From NCBI GenBank assembly GCA_951406725.2, contig OX597822.1, positions 67,828,001 to 67,892,000 on the forward strand: a stretch of DNA of 64,000 nt. The letters run 5' to 3'. The position numbers and the translations under genes are program-made. Source of the stretch: Octopus vulgaris (taxonomy: Eukaryota). The notes below the pieces were generated by a model, which did not search any database, had not been told where the DNA came from, and saw nothing but the letters and a program-made list of their open reading frames with translations. Position 1 is the first letter of the stretch, and every line of letters starts with the position of its first letter. Of the stretch, positions 30,258 to 44,039 are shown piece after piece.

Positions 30258-30460
30258 CCCTGCTGTACTCATTCACTACAACTTTTTCTCACTCTGTCTT
30301 CCTGTTTCTGTTGTACCTGTATTTCTAAAGGGCCAGCCTTGTCACACTCTGTGCCACGCTGAATCACCCCCGAGAACTACGTGTCTGTGGAGTGCTCAGC
30401 CACTTGCACGTTAACTTCACGAGCAAGCTGTTCCGTTGACCGCATCAACTGGAACTCTTG
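30258..30460 (+). mobile_element. SINE family C 3' portion
   Basis: AAAGGGCCAGCCTTGTCACACTCTG...CACGAGCAAGCTGTTCCGTTGA. Confidence 0.75.
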
Positions 30461-30721
30461 ATGGAGGGCCACGATCAAGATCGTATTAAACTCACGGTTA
30501 AGCCGCTTTGGATTTGATTGGGTGCGAAACTGGGGTGAGATCACGTGCAAGTTAGACAGAATCATTCAGAAATTGACTGTCCCCGAAAAGTAACGCGTAA
30601 GTAAGTAACATCAAAATCCCCACGGTGGTCCACTACTACGCGATTATCGTCGTGGCATGTCCCACACAATGGAGTTTCATGGCTTAGTGTTACGAGTATT
30701 AGACACATGATAGTAAGATTG

Positions 30722-31020
30722 TTTGTTCCTTCTCGAGCCACGCCTGGCTCATAAGGGCCGGTTTCCCGGTTTCCTTAGCGTATAGGTTCCCCACCTGGAC
30801 GGGACGCCGGCCCGTCGCAGGTGAGCTGCAAGATGCAGGAGGAAAGAGTGAGAGAAAGTTGTGGCAAAGGAGTCAGCAGACGTTCGCCATTACCTTCTGC
30901 TGGAGCCGTGTGGAGTTGAGGTGTTTCGCTCATAAACACACACATCGCCCGGTCTGAGATTCGAACCCGTGATTCCTCGACCGGGAGTCCGCTGCTCTAA
31001 CCACTAGGCCATGTGCCTCC
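30722..31020 (-). mobile_element. Young tRNA-derived SINE with 17-19 bp TSD, nested in an older SINE head
   Basis: Head GGAGGCACATGGCCTAGTGGTTAGAGC, B-box GGGTTCGAATCTC; ACATGATAGTAAGATTG at 30705-30721 and 31021-31037. Confidence 0.9.
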
Positions 31021-31364
31021 ACATGATAGTAAGATTGTGGTTTGTCCATCGATGACTGTTTTCAAGTTCTAGCTCTAGTGTACGAAAAGGAATGTTAAAG
31101 TTAAGTTGCAATCATACAGACTCATAAGGGCCGGTTTCCCGGTTTCCCCACCAGGAAGAGACGACGGTCCGTCACAGGATTACTTGTTTTTTACCAGGTG
31201 AATGGACTGGGTGACGTGTCGTGTTCTTGAGCAAAACACTTCATTTCACGTGGCTCCAGTCCAATCAGCTGGCAAAAATAAATAATACTGCGACGGACTG
31301 GCATCCTGTCCAGGTGGAGAATTTATACGCCCTTATGCGTCTGCATGACTCGGGAAGGATCATT

Positions 31365-31433
<69 letters not shown>

Positions 31434-32942
31434 CCAGCAAACGTTTGACCACATTGAATGTATACGCTTTCCTTTCTTGAAAGAGAAGCAGGTTCCACCA
31501 GTTAAGTTATTCACCCGCTGCGAACGCACCGATTCAAAGGTATCTTGGTTGGACGTCGATAATGTTGCACAGGCAAGCACTAAGATGACACATCTACAGA
31601 GATTCCGAATTGAACAGCTGTTATCCCCGCTTCGTGCAACATGGCTTTCTATTTCTCGTTGAATACACTACTATTCTGTAGTAAACCTCGGTTGAAACGT
31701 GAGGATAATTTTCTGGACTATTTTCAAGCGCACACTGCACTTTAACTGCTGAACAGTTTCGTCAACACTTGGATTCTAATATATAATTAGTGGATTATAT
31801 AATCGTCTGGTAACGATTCTGGCCGTCCACAAGGAATCTGAATGGGTTTTTTAAATTATTTTTTGGTTGAAATTCATTGTGTCATTGATGGGGAAACATT
31901 CTCCTTTTGGCCTCGCCTTATTAGATCCTCCTGTAATCGAACCTATCCAAAATCAGAGGAAGGTACGAAAGTTCCTAGCGTTATGTCAATCAATGTCTGT
32001 CCATTGTTGATTTTGATTTCATGACAAACAGGTGCACTTACATATAGGATGGACCCGGCAATCAGCAAAATCTAAAGTGAATATCGACTTACCACCTTCC
32101 TTAGACAGCAAGCAATCTTCCTCTGCCGGGTGACTATGTATTAGAAAGTTGGATAATCGACGTTTCTCAAAGGTTTGAGGACATAGTTTTCACCCTTAGG
32201 CCGTACCCTAACCAACATCTCCAAGTGTTACTCGAAGCAGATACTATCCCTAGAGGGATAGATGCTTTTAAACCGTTTTAACCCACAGTCCTTGTTTGAG
32301 GACAGTTGTATTTGGTTTAGTTACTGCAATAAAGGTTAACTGGATGCAAAAATAGTGCTTGTTGTATTTATTTAACAATTGTATTTGGTTTATTTATTGC
32401 AATAAAGGTTAACTGGACGCTTCCGTATGTTTGTTATCCCTATTTATATAGCCATCTTCAAAATTTCGACAGGGTTGTCCTGGGTTAAAATGGGCTAATT
32501 ATTCTATTTTTCTGTTAGTATTTTGTTATTTTTTTACTGTTGTTGCTATTTATAGCTATTCATTAATGTGTCTTAATTTCATTATGGATTTCACCCATTT
32601 GCTTGATGGGAATTCCCCTGCGGGGTATTAATATCGAGTAATAGGCGAAGGTCACGATTTTAACCGAATATTTTTAAAGAAATTTTACAACAGGATTATG
32701 CACAACAACAGCAGCATCTCCAACCCTAACGACTACAGCATCCCAGGTGGCAGCACAAAGAAAACAAAGTAACAACAGCATCATCAAAGACATTTATCAT
32801 AAACTAAAAGCAACATTAAATTCCCATTTCGATGTTTTTAATATAAAATATTTTTTCCGGGTGTGCTAGTCTCGAGAGAGAGGGAGAGAGAGAGCAACAG
32901 TGACAACAACAACAGCAGAAGTAGCACCAGCAACAACAACAA

Positions 32943-32977
<35 letters not shown>

Positions 32978-33491
32978 GCGGCAACATAAACCATATAAAC
33001 AACATGCGCCATAGCAATAGCGACGACTCCGACGACGGCAACGATGACGAAAAGGTAAAGGAAAACAATAACAGGTTTCAAGTATTTCTTCCAGTGCAAG
33101 AACGACAACTTAAACCTTTTTTCTTATTATTCTGTCGATCTGCAACACTTCTTCCACAACCGAAAACAATCTCTCTTTTCTGCTTCTTTCACCGCCATCG
33201 TAACAACCACTACTGAAGCCTTAATCACGGAGGACGACTGAACCACCGATGTCAACAACAGCAACAGCAGCCGTTCAAGAATTTGGACCTGGAGATTTCC
33301 ATTTCCAGCGACTTCGAAGGCCACCTCCCAATGGTGTCGGGCGTCAACGAAGAGTCCTCGACTACAACAAGACGACCAAAGTTTTTTTTTTTTTTCTCCA
33401 CGGTCTGGGGTCTCCCGCCACTAAACCCTAGACCGTCACCTAATCACCCTTACCCGTCATGTTGCTTAACAACAACAACAACAGCAACACT

Positions 33492-33680
33492 GGAGGCGCA
33501 ATGGCCCAGTGGTCAGGGCAGCGGACTCGTGGTCGTAAGAACGCAGTTTCGATTCCCAGACCGGGCATTGTGAGTGTTTATTGAGCAAAAGCACCTAAGC
33601 TCCACGAGGATCTAGCGCGGGGGGGGGTGAACCCCGCTGTACTCTTTCACCACAAGTTTCTCTCACTCTCTCTTCCTACT
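33492..33680 (+). mobile_element. tRNA-derived SINE related to 30722-31020
   Basis: GGAGGCGCAATGGCCCAGTGGTCAGGGCAGCGGACTCG...TTCGATTCCCAGACCGGGC. Confidence 0.8.
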
Positions 33681-33964
33681 TCTGCCACAAAGCAGAGAAA
33701 CCATGGTGTAACCCACAATGGTGTGGTAGACTTTCAGACCCTAGTCTAGACTGCGAATCTTCGTATCCCAGGATGGTTCAGCTCTCCACCCGTTAAAAGC
33801 CACCGTTTACGGAATGAGGATAATAACGTAGCTTTCGCGCCAGTGCAACCGCCAGTCTATCGCGTGTGGTGGGTGGATCTTCAAGTTGCCACACGCATTC
33901 TTAGTAGGTTAGAGTAGGCTCGAATTAGAGATTATTCCTTGTAGCTAATGGCGTGAGTCCTGAC

Positions 33965-34102
33965 AAGAAGAAGAAGAAGAAGAAGAAGAAGAAGAAGAAG
34001 AAGAAGAAGAAGAAGAAGAAGAAGAAGAAGAAGAAGAAGAAGAAGAAGAAGAAGAAGAAGAAGAAGAAGAAGAAGAAGAAGAAGAAGAAGAAGAAGAAGA
34101 AG
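33965..34102. repeat. Perfect (AAG)46
   Basis: Read directly. Confidence 0.97.
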
Positions 34103-34980
34103 ACAACAGCAGCAGCAGCAGTGGTAAAAATAATCGCTACAGCATATTCAAAAATTTGTAAAAATTTAAGATGTTCACTCCAGATGGGAATCAAACAAAG
34201 ATGCAGGAAGTCAAAAAGATTGCCCAGAGAAACGATAGAACTACATCAGCAGTACTCCACTACATCCAGTAAAGGACAGTTATTTATCGGTTTTTGTCAA
34301 TTTGATTTGAAAACTAGAAAGGGCTTGAGTGTAAAATAGAGTGACAACGACTTCGTTACATGAGATGGGCAATATGAAAAGTACATATAAGATTGCTCTT
34401 GAAAGATCATATGCAAACAGTGGCCAGCGATTGTTGAAGCTGAATATGTTGCTTGCTGAATATCTGGGGGTGACTACATGCGTTCTTATAAAGAGAGTAA
34501 CATTACTTGATGTATAAAACAGCTCGATAACTGAGTCAGAGATAGGTGTAGAGTCTTCGTTCAGATACAACTAGAGAAAACTAGCGTAAGATTCAGGACC
34601 TATCATGTCTCTAAAAGGGAGCCGAACTGCACGTTATACTGGAATGCAGACGACCTAGATACCACACAAGTAAAAGCCTCAATCACCTACGTGCCTTCAG
34701 CCCCACCGCAAAAGGAATCAGCAAATTCGACATTGCTGCTAATATTACGACCGCAGTAAGAACAACAACAACAAATGAACAGCGGAAGCACTTAAAATAC
34801 AACAATAGCTATAGACCGACCAACATCAACAGCTGTAGCCGCTGAACTAACAGGAGCAACAAAAGCGTCAACAGTAACATCAGCAACAAGATGACCCTCT
34901 AATTCAGTCCTAATCAAGAAGGCCTATGATTTAAGATATTCCAACCATGACTATCCAGTTTTGTGTGTGTGTTGTGTGTT

Positions 34981-37041
34981 TGTGTACCCTAAGCTGCAAT
35001 ATCGAAAGTGTCCTAACTTTAAGACATGGGGTGATTTGAAAGAGATTTGACTGCTATATCTAGGTAATCGTGTGTACCCTAAACTGGAATATCGAACGTA
35101 TCCTAACTTTAAGACATGGGGTGATTTGAAAGAGATCTGACTGCTATTTCTAGGTAATCGTGTGTACCCTAAGCTGGAATATCGAACGTGTCCTAACTTT
35201 AAGACATGGGGTGATTTGAAAGAGATCTGACTGCTATTTCTAGGTAATCGTGTGTACCCTAAGCTGGAATATCGAACGTGTCCTAACTTTAAGACATGGG
35301 GTGATTTGAAAGAGATCTGACTGCTATTTCTAGGTAATCGTGTGTACCCTAAGCTGGAATATCGAACGTGTCCTAACTTTAAGACATGGGGTGATTTGAA
35401 AGAGATCTGACTGCTATTTCTAGGTAATCGTGTGTACCCTAAGCTGGAATATCGAACGTGTCCTTCCTTTAAGACGTGGTGTGATTTGAAAGAGATTTGA
35501 CTGCTATTTCTAGGTAATCGTGTGTACCCTACGCTGCAATATCGAAAGTGTCTTTCCTTTAAGACATGCTGTGATATGAAAGAGATTTGACTGCTGCTTC
35601 TAGGTAATCGTGTGTACCCTAAGCTGCATTATCGAAAGTGTCCTTCTTTTAAGACATGGGGTGATTTGAAAGAGATCTGACTGCTATTTCTAGGTAATCG
35701 TGTGTACCCTAAGCTGCAATATCGAAAGTGCCCTTCCTTTAAAACATGGGGTGATTTGAAAGAGATTTGTCTGCTATTTCTAAGAAATCGTGTGTACCCT
35801 AAGCTGCAATATGGAAAGTGTTCTTCCTTTAAGACATGGACTGATTTGAAAGAGATTTGACTGCTATTTCTACGTAATCGTACGTACCCAAAGCTGCAAT
35901 ATCGAAAGTGTCCTTCCTTTAAGACATGGGGTGATTTGAAAGAGATTTGACTGCTATTTCTAGGTAATCGTGTGTACCCAAAGCTGGAGTATCGAAAGTG
36001 TCCTTCCTTCAAGATGTGGGGTTATTTGAAAGATATTTAACTGCTATTTCTAGGTTATCGTCTGTACCCTTAGCTGTAATATCGAAAGTGTTCTTCTTTC
36101 AAGATATGGGGTGATTTGAAAGGGATTTGACTGCTATTTCTAGGTAATCGTGTGTACCCAAAACTGCAATATCGAAAGTGTCCTTCCTTTAAGACATGTG
36201 GTGATTTGAAAGAGATTTGACTGCTATTTCTAGGTAATCGTGTGTATCCAAAGCTGGAATATCGAACGTGTCCTTCCTTTAAGACATGGGGTGATTTGAA
36301 AGAGATTTGACTGCTAATTCTAGGTTATCGTGTGTACCCTGAGCTTGAATATCGAAAGTGTTCTTCCTTTAAGACATGGACTGATTTGAAAGAGATTTGA
36401 CTGCTATTTCTACGTAATCGTACGTACCCAAAGCTGCAATATCGAAAGTGTCCTTCCTTTAACATGGGGAGATTTGAAAGAGATTTGACTGCTATTTCTA
36501 GGTAATCGTGTGTACCCTAAGCTGGAATATTGAAAGCGTCCTTCCTTCAACATATGGGGTGATTTCAAAGACTATTTCTAGGTAGTCGTATGTACCCAAA
36601 ACTGCAATATCGAAAGTGTCCATCCTTTAAGACATGTGGTGATTTGAAAGAGATTTAACAGCTATTTCTAGGTATTCGTGTGTACCCTAAGCTGCATTAT
36701 CGAAAGTGTCCTTCCTTTAAGACATGGGGTGATTTCAAAGAGATTTGACTGCTATTTCTAGGTAATCGTGTGTAACCTAAGCTGGAATATCGAAAGTGTT
36801 CTTCCTTCAAGATATGGGGTGATTTGAAAGAGATTTGACTGCTATTTCTAGGTAATCTTGTGTACCCAAAACTGCAATCTCGAAAGTGTCTTCCTTCAAT
36901 ATATGGGGTGATTTGAAAGAGATTTGACTGCTATTTCTAGGTATTCGTGTGTACCCTAAGCTGCAATATCGAAAGTGTCCTTCCTTTAAGACATGGTGTT
37001 ATTTGAATGAGATTTGACCGCTGTTTCTAGGTAATCGTGTT
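34981..37041. repeat. Tandem array of ~23 x 90 bp units
   Basis: Unit TGTGTACCCTAAGCTGCAATATCGAAAGTGTCCTTCCTTTAAGACATGGGGTGATTTGAAAGAGATTTGACTGCTATTTCTAGGTAATCG; strict 90 bp register until ~36460. Confidence 0.97.
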
Positions 37042-37484
37042 TTTGTTGTTGTGTTCGCCTCTACTATCCTTTATTGAACAGACCAATGATCAAACTCGTG
37101 TCATTTGTGCTCGTCCTATTAATTTAATTTCAGACACTCTATAGCTTGCACTTTTCAATTATTATTCATTGATCCCTGACCTCTTTGCAAGATAGTTGTG
37201 TGTGAGATATGAAGGCGTGTGGTTTGGTTGTTAGGAAGCTACTTCTTGAAAACAAGCATGTGTGTTCAATATGAGACTGGACTGTGCTCTGTGTCCTTGA
37301 GCAAGGCAGTTAATTTCACATGGTTTTTGCCTTTTCAACTGTAACGTCAACCAAAGGGATGCTGGTACAGCCCGCTCCTTTTCCAGCTACCACCAGCTGG
37401 ATGTATTTCTGGGTTAACAGTGTGGGTCCTGAGCTTGTGCCGATATCTGTTTGCGACAACACAGGCATCTAAAACAATTATTCT

Positions 37485-37880
37485 TTTCTACTCAATGCAC
37501 AAGGCCTGAAATTTTGGGGGAGGAGGGCCAGTCGATTAGATCGACCCCAGTACGCAACTGCTACTTAATTTACCAACCCCGAAAGGATAAAAAGCAAAGT
37601 CGACCTCGGCGGAATTTGAACTCAGAGCGTAAAAACAGACGAAATACCTATTCCTTTACTACCCACAAGGGGCTAAACACAGAGAAGACAAACAAGGACA
37701 TACAAACGGATTAAGTCGATTATATCGACCCCAGTGTGTAATTGGTACTTATTTAATCGAACCCGAAAGGATAAAAGGCAAAGTCGACCTCGGCGGAATT
37801 TGAACTCAGAACGTAACGGCAAACGAAATACGGCTACGCATTTCGCCCGGCGTGCTAACGTTTCTGCCAGCTCACCGCCT
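37485..37880 (-). mobile_element. Composite SINE family A: full copy with Tx1-like tail (37650-37880) joined to a headless copy with the standard tail
   Basis: Junction GACGAAATACC|TATTCCTTTACTACCCACAAGGGGCTAAAC. Confidence 0.85.
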
Positions 37881-38074
37881 TATATTATTGAAAGCATAAT
37901 ACATGTTACCAAATATGGTTACTCGCGAATGATAGCTGGTTAACTGTGTGCGATTGGTAAGAGATTTGGCTGTGATTTCTAGTATGCTGATTGGCCCTGT
38001 GACCCCCACCTCGTATGTTCATTTAATATAGTGCTTCATTGACTGCTGTAAAAGCTCACTAGTTGGTCTATTCC

Positions 38075-38340
38075 AGCACTTCGACAGTTACGACGCTGAG
38101 GGGTTCCAGTTGATCCGATCAACGTGACAGTCTGTTCATGAAATTAACGTTTAAGTGGCTGAATGCTCCATAGACAGACGTACCCGTAATATAGCTCTGA
38201 AGAATACTCAGCGTGATACATAATGTAACAAGGCCGGCCCTTTGAAGTATACGCACTACTCATTTTTGCCAGCTGGAGCAACGTGAAATAAAGCGTCTTG
38301 CTCAACTGGAACCCTCGCCGTCGTAACCGACGGAGTACCA
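38075..38340 (-). mobile_element. SINE family C (degenerate, headless)
   Basis: GGGTTCCAGTTGATCCGATCAACG...CATTTTTGCCAGCTGGAGCAACGTGAAATAAAG. Confidence 0.75.
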
Positions 38341-38423
38341 GTTTAGCTGATATTGTTGTTGTCGTTAATATTGTTCGGGCACATGTTGCTACTTTACTAA
38401 AAACATTATTTTAGCTGTTGCTC

Positions 38424-38468
<45 letters not shown>

Positions 38469-38601
38469 TGTCATTATCGGACATGATTTCATTGAATATA
38501 TTTGTGTGCTTATTGTTGTTATTATCCTTGATATTGTTGTTATTGTTTTTTATTACATATATTACTAAAGATGTTAGCATCAGTATTACTCTTTTGTTGT
38601 T

Positions 38602-38632
<31 letters not shown>

Positions 38633-38949
38633 TTGTTGTTATCGTTGATGTTCCGAAGATAGCGTGGTTAATATTGTTTTTGTTTTTGTTGATACCACTT
38701 CAAGTAATATTGTCGATATTATTGCCATTGTCCACTCTCCCTCTTCCCCTCCTTGGTTTTCTTCCTCTTTTTGCCCCTCTTCCTCTCGCTCTTCTTCATC
38801 CTCTTCCTGATCTTCCCTCTTCCTCTTGTTGCTGTTCCTATTCTACGTTTGTCATATCTTGTCAATCAACCAACTGTTGCTCTTTATCACACAATATTTC
38901 AATGTTTCTAATTCATTTGAAGAGTTTTTTATTATTTGTTATATTATTA

Positions 38950-38986
<37 letters not shown>

Positions 38987-40339
38987 CATTATTATTATTA
39001 TTATTATTCTTTGCTTGTTTACTTGCTTTTAGTTTTTAGAGTTTCATCGATAATTCTTTTGTTTTCTTTTGTTCTTTGGTGTTTTGCTTTTTTATCATAT
39101 TTTCCCCTTCGACTAACATCAGAAATATTTCAAGAAATCTTGAAACAATTCCTTATTTCCATTTCATTTCATATTTCCTAATTTTCTTTTTTTTTAATGT
39201 ATTTTATAATTGCTTTTATTCGTTGTATCGTTTTTTTTTTATTTATGTATTGTTATTGTTGCTGTTGTTGTTGTTTTTATTTCGTCTTCAGGCTTTCGTC
39301 AGTTACAAAGAATTTGGTTAAAAGCATTTCATAAGAATACATTTGGCTATGGAAAAGTTTGCGAGAGCGAATGAAGTTAACATTCTTCTTTGAATTTTGT
39401 TTAAGTAGTTTTAGATTTATATAAATTCTTGGAGATAAAGTTTGATGTTTATTTGTTGAACATATTACAAAATGCATTTTTACTGTAAGTACCATCATAA
39501 AATTACCATTATCAGTCAAATAATAATTTGCCTCCAAAGTCCAAAAGCACTGTAAACTTAAAAGAGAGTAAATGGGATATTAAGAATTCCATGCGTTTTA
39601 GCTTCCGTTTTTTTTTTGGGGGGGAGGGTGGGGTCAAAAATGTCAGGCAATAAAATAGTTTCAATCTAGAACTGAGATTATGTCATACCCGAGAATACTA
39701 CAAACATCCATCCCCACTATTTCTTCTCCCACTATTCCAGAGAGAGTCTTGCGGTAGAGTTCTCAGGCACTTCTTCCATAAATCCCTACTAGAAGCAACT
39801 GTCATTACTCTTAAAATAACCTACGGTTCGAAAGAATAACTAAGGGTGTGGAAGAGGATCGATGTATCCGAAAGAATAACCAAGTGTTCGAAAGAGTAAT
39901 CACACCGCATAGTCCGTCACGTGGGTTTAACAAGGGACGCCTTCGAATTTTATGCAAAGGGTTCCTTTCGAAAAGTATATTGCAGTCTTCACCCAACGCC
40001 GGTATGACTGTAGTAAGTCTTCAACATGATCAGAGAAGTGTGAAAGGGAGCACAAAGGTTGCGGGTCTCAGGACGTCGAAGGGGATCCAGAAGCAAACAA
40101 CTAATAATGATTGGGAGTTCGCGGGATCAAGTACAAATATAGGTTGGTTTCTGTGTTGACTGGGCATGGATAGTTAAGTGTAATTCATAAGGTCACGTTT
40201 GAAAATTTGGATAGGACAATGTAGGTAGCGAAAGTTAGGATAATGTGAAATTCGTATTTTCATGAAAGAGATAAGGGATTGGAACGAATGAAACAAGTAA
40301 AGCAAAACAGAAAAAGAACATAAAGCCACCTAAGTTTCT

Positions 40340-40520
40340 ATTTTGCAAATCAACATGTAAGAAATAACACACAATTTTTCCTCAAATCATACGTCATATT
40401 ATTTTTAAAGAAATACATGTCGCATAATGTACGAAGAGATACAGTATGGAAGGATAGTCGTGGCGTAAATTCCTTTAATCATAGGTCTGCTTGATTAGGG
40501 CTGGTCTGGAGCTAAAACAA
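40340..40520 (-). repeat. Degenerate dispersed repeat related to the 90 bp array unit and its left flank
   Basis: AGAAATAAC...CCTCAAATCA...TAATCATAGGTCTGCTTGATTAGGGCTG is similar to the reverse complement of 34905-34945 and of the unit; further relics at ~37960, ~43015-43210 and ~43520-43700. Confidence 0.55.
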
Positions 40521-41019
40521 GAATACATATAATAACAATGATCACAAAAATTCCAACGAATTCGTTACTCTCTTCTACAAAAATTTACTTACACAAGGTC
40601 ACATGTCACTCAGAATGAACACAGCAAATGTCCGGTGCGTATTTATCTAACGCTCTCGTTGGACACTAAAACTACATCTTTTGAGAAGTAAATAAAAAAA
40701 AAACGTAATTAAATGCTGGTATTTCAGAAGTTTCTAGCATTATGTCAGCAACCGGTGACATATGCTTGCTATAAAAGAAGATTATGGATATATAAATGTC
40801 GAATTGTTAGAGATGAGCAATAATTAAATGGTTGTTACTTTGGTGCCATCACAGAAGCTGAGATATAGATAATTGTTGTCAAATTTTCTCTCTTTTTATA
40901 CGTGGATTTCTCAAAACTGGGAAAACACGGCCATGGATAGCTTTCTCTATGTTCTCAGACATTAGCAGACAGACGGCCTTAGATCTATAAATGCGTCTGT
41001 TATATACTTCGCTCATTGA

Positions 41020-41120
41020 ATAGGTAGTTAGGTAGGTAGGTAGGTAGGTAGGTAGGTAGGTAGGTAGGTAGGTAGGTAGGTAGGTAGGTAGGTAAGTAGG
41101 TAGGTAGGTAGGTAGGTAGG

Positions 41121-41207
<87 letters not shown>

Positions 41208-41395
41208 ACGTATATGCGGAAACATATATACTCATGCACAAACAGAAATTTCTGAATGTGTGAGTCTGTGTGTGTGTCTGTCTGTCTATCCGTCTGTTTG
41301 TCTGTCTGTCTGTATGTATGTATGTATGTATGTATGTATGTATGTATGTATGTATGTATGTATGTATGTATGTATATATGTATGTATGTATGCAC
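41020..41395. repeat. (GGTA)n(GATA)n...(TATG)n microsatellite
   Basis: Read directly. Confidence 0.95.
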
Positions 41396-44039
41396 GCGCA
41401 TGTGTGTGTGCATCCATACCCATACTCTTGAAGCAGGAGGCTAACCAATAGGAGACGAACTGCTAAGGTCATTAGCAAATGGGAAAGAAAATTTCGCGAT
41501 ATTTGTTCCGATTCTCTGCTCTCTCTCTGTCCAAATCTCACCAAGGTCTACTTTGTCTTTCATCCTTTCAAGGTAAAAAAACAAATAAATAAATTCAAAA
41601 GAAAATCAAGGCAGGAGATTGGAGTAACTGCATGAACGCCGGCGTTTGTTGCAGCTCTTTATGTTTCTCGTTCAGATCGCTTTATGGGCGACCTATGGGT
41701 TGCAGACTTGACCCATTGATCGCTTTCACATCAGCATCAGGCACCGTGAATACTTTTAGTTAAGCCTACTCTGTACAAGCATTCAGAACAAGCTCTTTGG
41801 TTTGCGACAGATATCTTGCTTCCGCTCGCTCATCTGACTTGGGCACTCTTTAATGAGCCATGCCTGTGTGGTAAAAAGTATGCTTCCTGGTTCAGTCCTC
41901 ACTGCATGGCAGCATGGCCGATTGTCTTCTATAGTTTCGGGCCGACCACAGCCTTATGAATGGATTTGATAAGCGGAAACTGGTATATAAATATATATCT
42001 CAAGAATGCGTGTGTTTGAAAAGATAATCAAAAACGCTCACATGCACTAGATAGAAACGTCTTCCAAATAGGTTAGTGACGTTCTGATAAAGAATTTACT
42101 TTTTTGAAAAATATATTTTTTTAAAGAAATCTTTATACTTGGTAAAACTGTATCAAATAATTTTCACAAAGACTTTTAAATATACTGTGTGTATGTGCGT
42201 GTGTGTATACGTGTACATATATATATAAACACACACACACACGCAGAGGTATTTATTTTATCGACCTCAAGAGAGTTCGATAAAATCAAACTAACTTTGA
42301 TTTAAAGGTCTGAAGCTCAACACACCTCTATCTCCAGTATACTCACAGCGTCTCTCCCTTCACACACACACACACACACACACATACACACGCACGCACA
42401 CACACACGCTCATACATTCGCATATATTCATAAACATACATACAGCACAAGTTTCCATACAGTCTCCGTCTATAAATCGTTGGTAAACTTGAGGCTACTA
42501 CAGAATAAACATATTTACCCACTGGGTTCAAGGCCGCAGTCTAAACGCCCCTTGGTTGCAAAAACAAGCGTATTATTAACCACACAGATATGCCAGCGCT
42601 TTTGTGAAATCGTGTATTTGTGTAATTTCGTTTGAAATTAATCAAAGTTCAAAGAATTGGTCATGACCTCAAGCTATTATATGGGAATCTAATTAAATAT
42701 GAAATGTCAATATAACAGAATTATTTGATATGATGACACTTGGCTAGAGACCAAGGTTGATTGGTACATTAAAGATACTTCTATAAAGTTGTTAATGAAA
42801 GAGATTCAACTTTCAAAGGAATTTGCTTTATCATAATTAAACACAATTATATTTGTAAACATACGTTTCCACTTTAGTGGTGTCGTATTTGATTCCCTGG
42901 TGGTTCTGGACGTTTTACAGATCGAATCTGGCGAAAGTGTTTAGGTTGCTATTTCATCATGCTTGTTTGGACATGTTTGAAGTTGTTGGTGTTAATGTTA
43001 TTGTCGATGTAGTTATTAAGCCTGAGGTCTGCCCTCACCGAACAGATCGATGCTCAAAAGTAAAGTAATTCCCCGTGGCCATTCCATTTATTGAGTGATT
43101 TCTAGGGCTTCGGTATTTAATGTCATGTACGTTTCGAGCAGTCGGGAGAAATTTGCAAGCGTGTGACTGCTCTTTCTAACAACTCTAAGGACCACATAGG
43201 GGCTCCTTCCTTGAAGGGTTTAATCATCGTGAATTGGGTAAGAATAAGTCAACGTGAAGTAGTTGAAGAAACTTTTATGGTATAGATGCTTTAACAAAAG
43301 CTGTTCTCGTACTCCTTGTGGGTATGAGAAGCATATGGGACTCAGACACCAACACAAGTTTTTCGTTAAATAAATATGACAAAATCCTTATGATTTTCTT
43401 CGCGGTTCTGTTCCTTGTTATTTATGTTTAAAGTGAAACCATGTTATTACCATATTTTAACGTCTTACTGCTAACAAACTGCGTAAAGTGGTTGGTTGAT
43501 AGCATCTTGCTTTATGTGGTCACTCTATTTGCTAGAAATAGCAGTCAATGTTGTCTAACCATAGCTCAGAGGCTTATATAAAAAAAAAACGAACGGGAGT
43601 ACATTATACTATGTAGTTTTCGAAACCCACAAAATTACAGGACGGAACTGGAACACCTTTAAAGATATTCAATCGAAGCTGTTGAGAGGCAAAACAACAA
43701 CAGCTAACGATAATTAAGATTATAACAAACCAATGAGAGAGCCTTTACATGCTCAATCAATTTACAAGAAACAGTGACAAGATCTACTTAAGCAATGTCT
43801 CTCAAGATTGGCTTTGATCGTAGATCCGTTTCATCAGGATTCATGTGGAGTAAAACTAACAGCAGCAGCAACAACAACAACAATAGCAGCAATGAAAATT
43901 TGAATAATTGAAGTTTACTACATTTTGTACAGAAGAAAGGTTTGCGAGGGATATGTCGTCCCCACAGCTTAGTACTCCAATGGAACAATAACTATTCCTA
44001 ATTACTGATTCGAACGACTGCGTTTCGAACCAACTTCAC

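Noticed and set aside
33953-34339. Poly-Lys ORF
   Set aside because: A pure (AAG)46 microsatellite with no synonymous AAA variation
34981-37041. CRISPR array or C2H2 zinc-finger repeat exon
   Set aside because: Whole 90 bp units repeat with no unique spacers and no cas genes; the period is not the 84 bp of C2H2 arrays, there is no CxxC/HxxxH pattern, and stops and indels occur
40879-41015. Possible RT motif in KAVCLLMSENIEKAIHGRV
   Set aside because: Only a faint resemblance to D.EKAFD.V, too short and without the key residues
43815-43845. Minus-strand CTGATGA as a hammerhead core
   Set aside because: No GAAA after a stem II and no stems I or III
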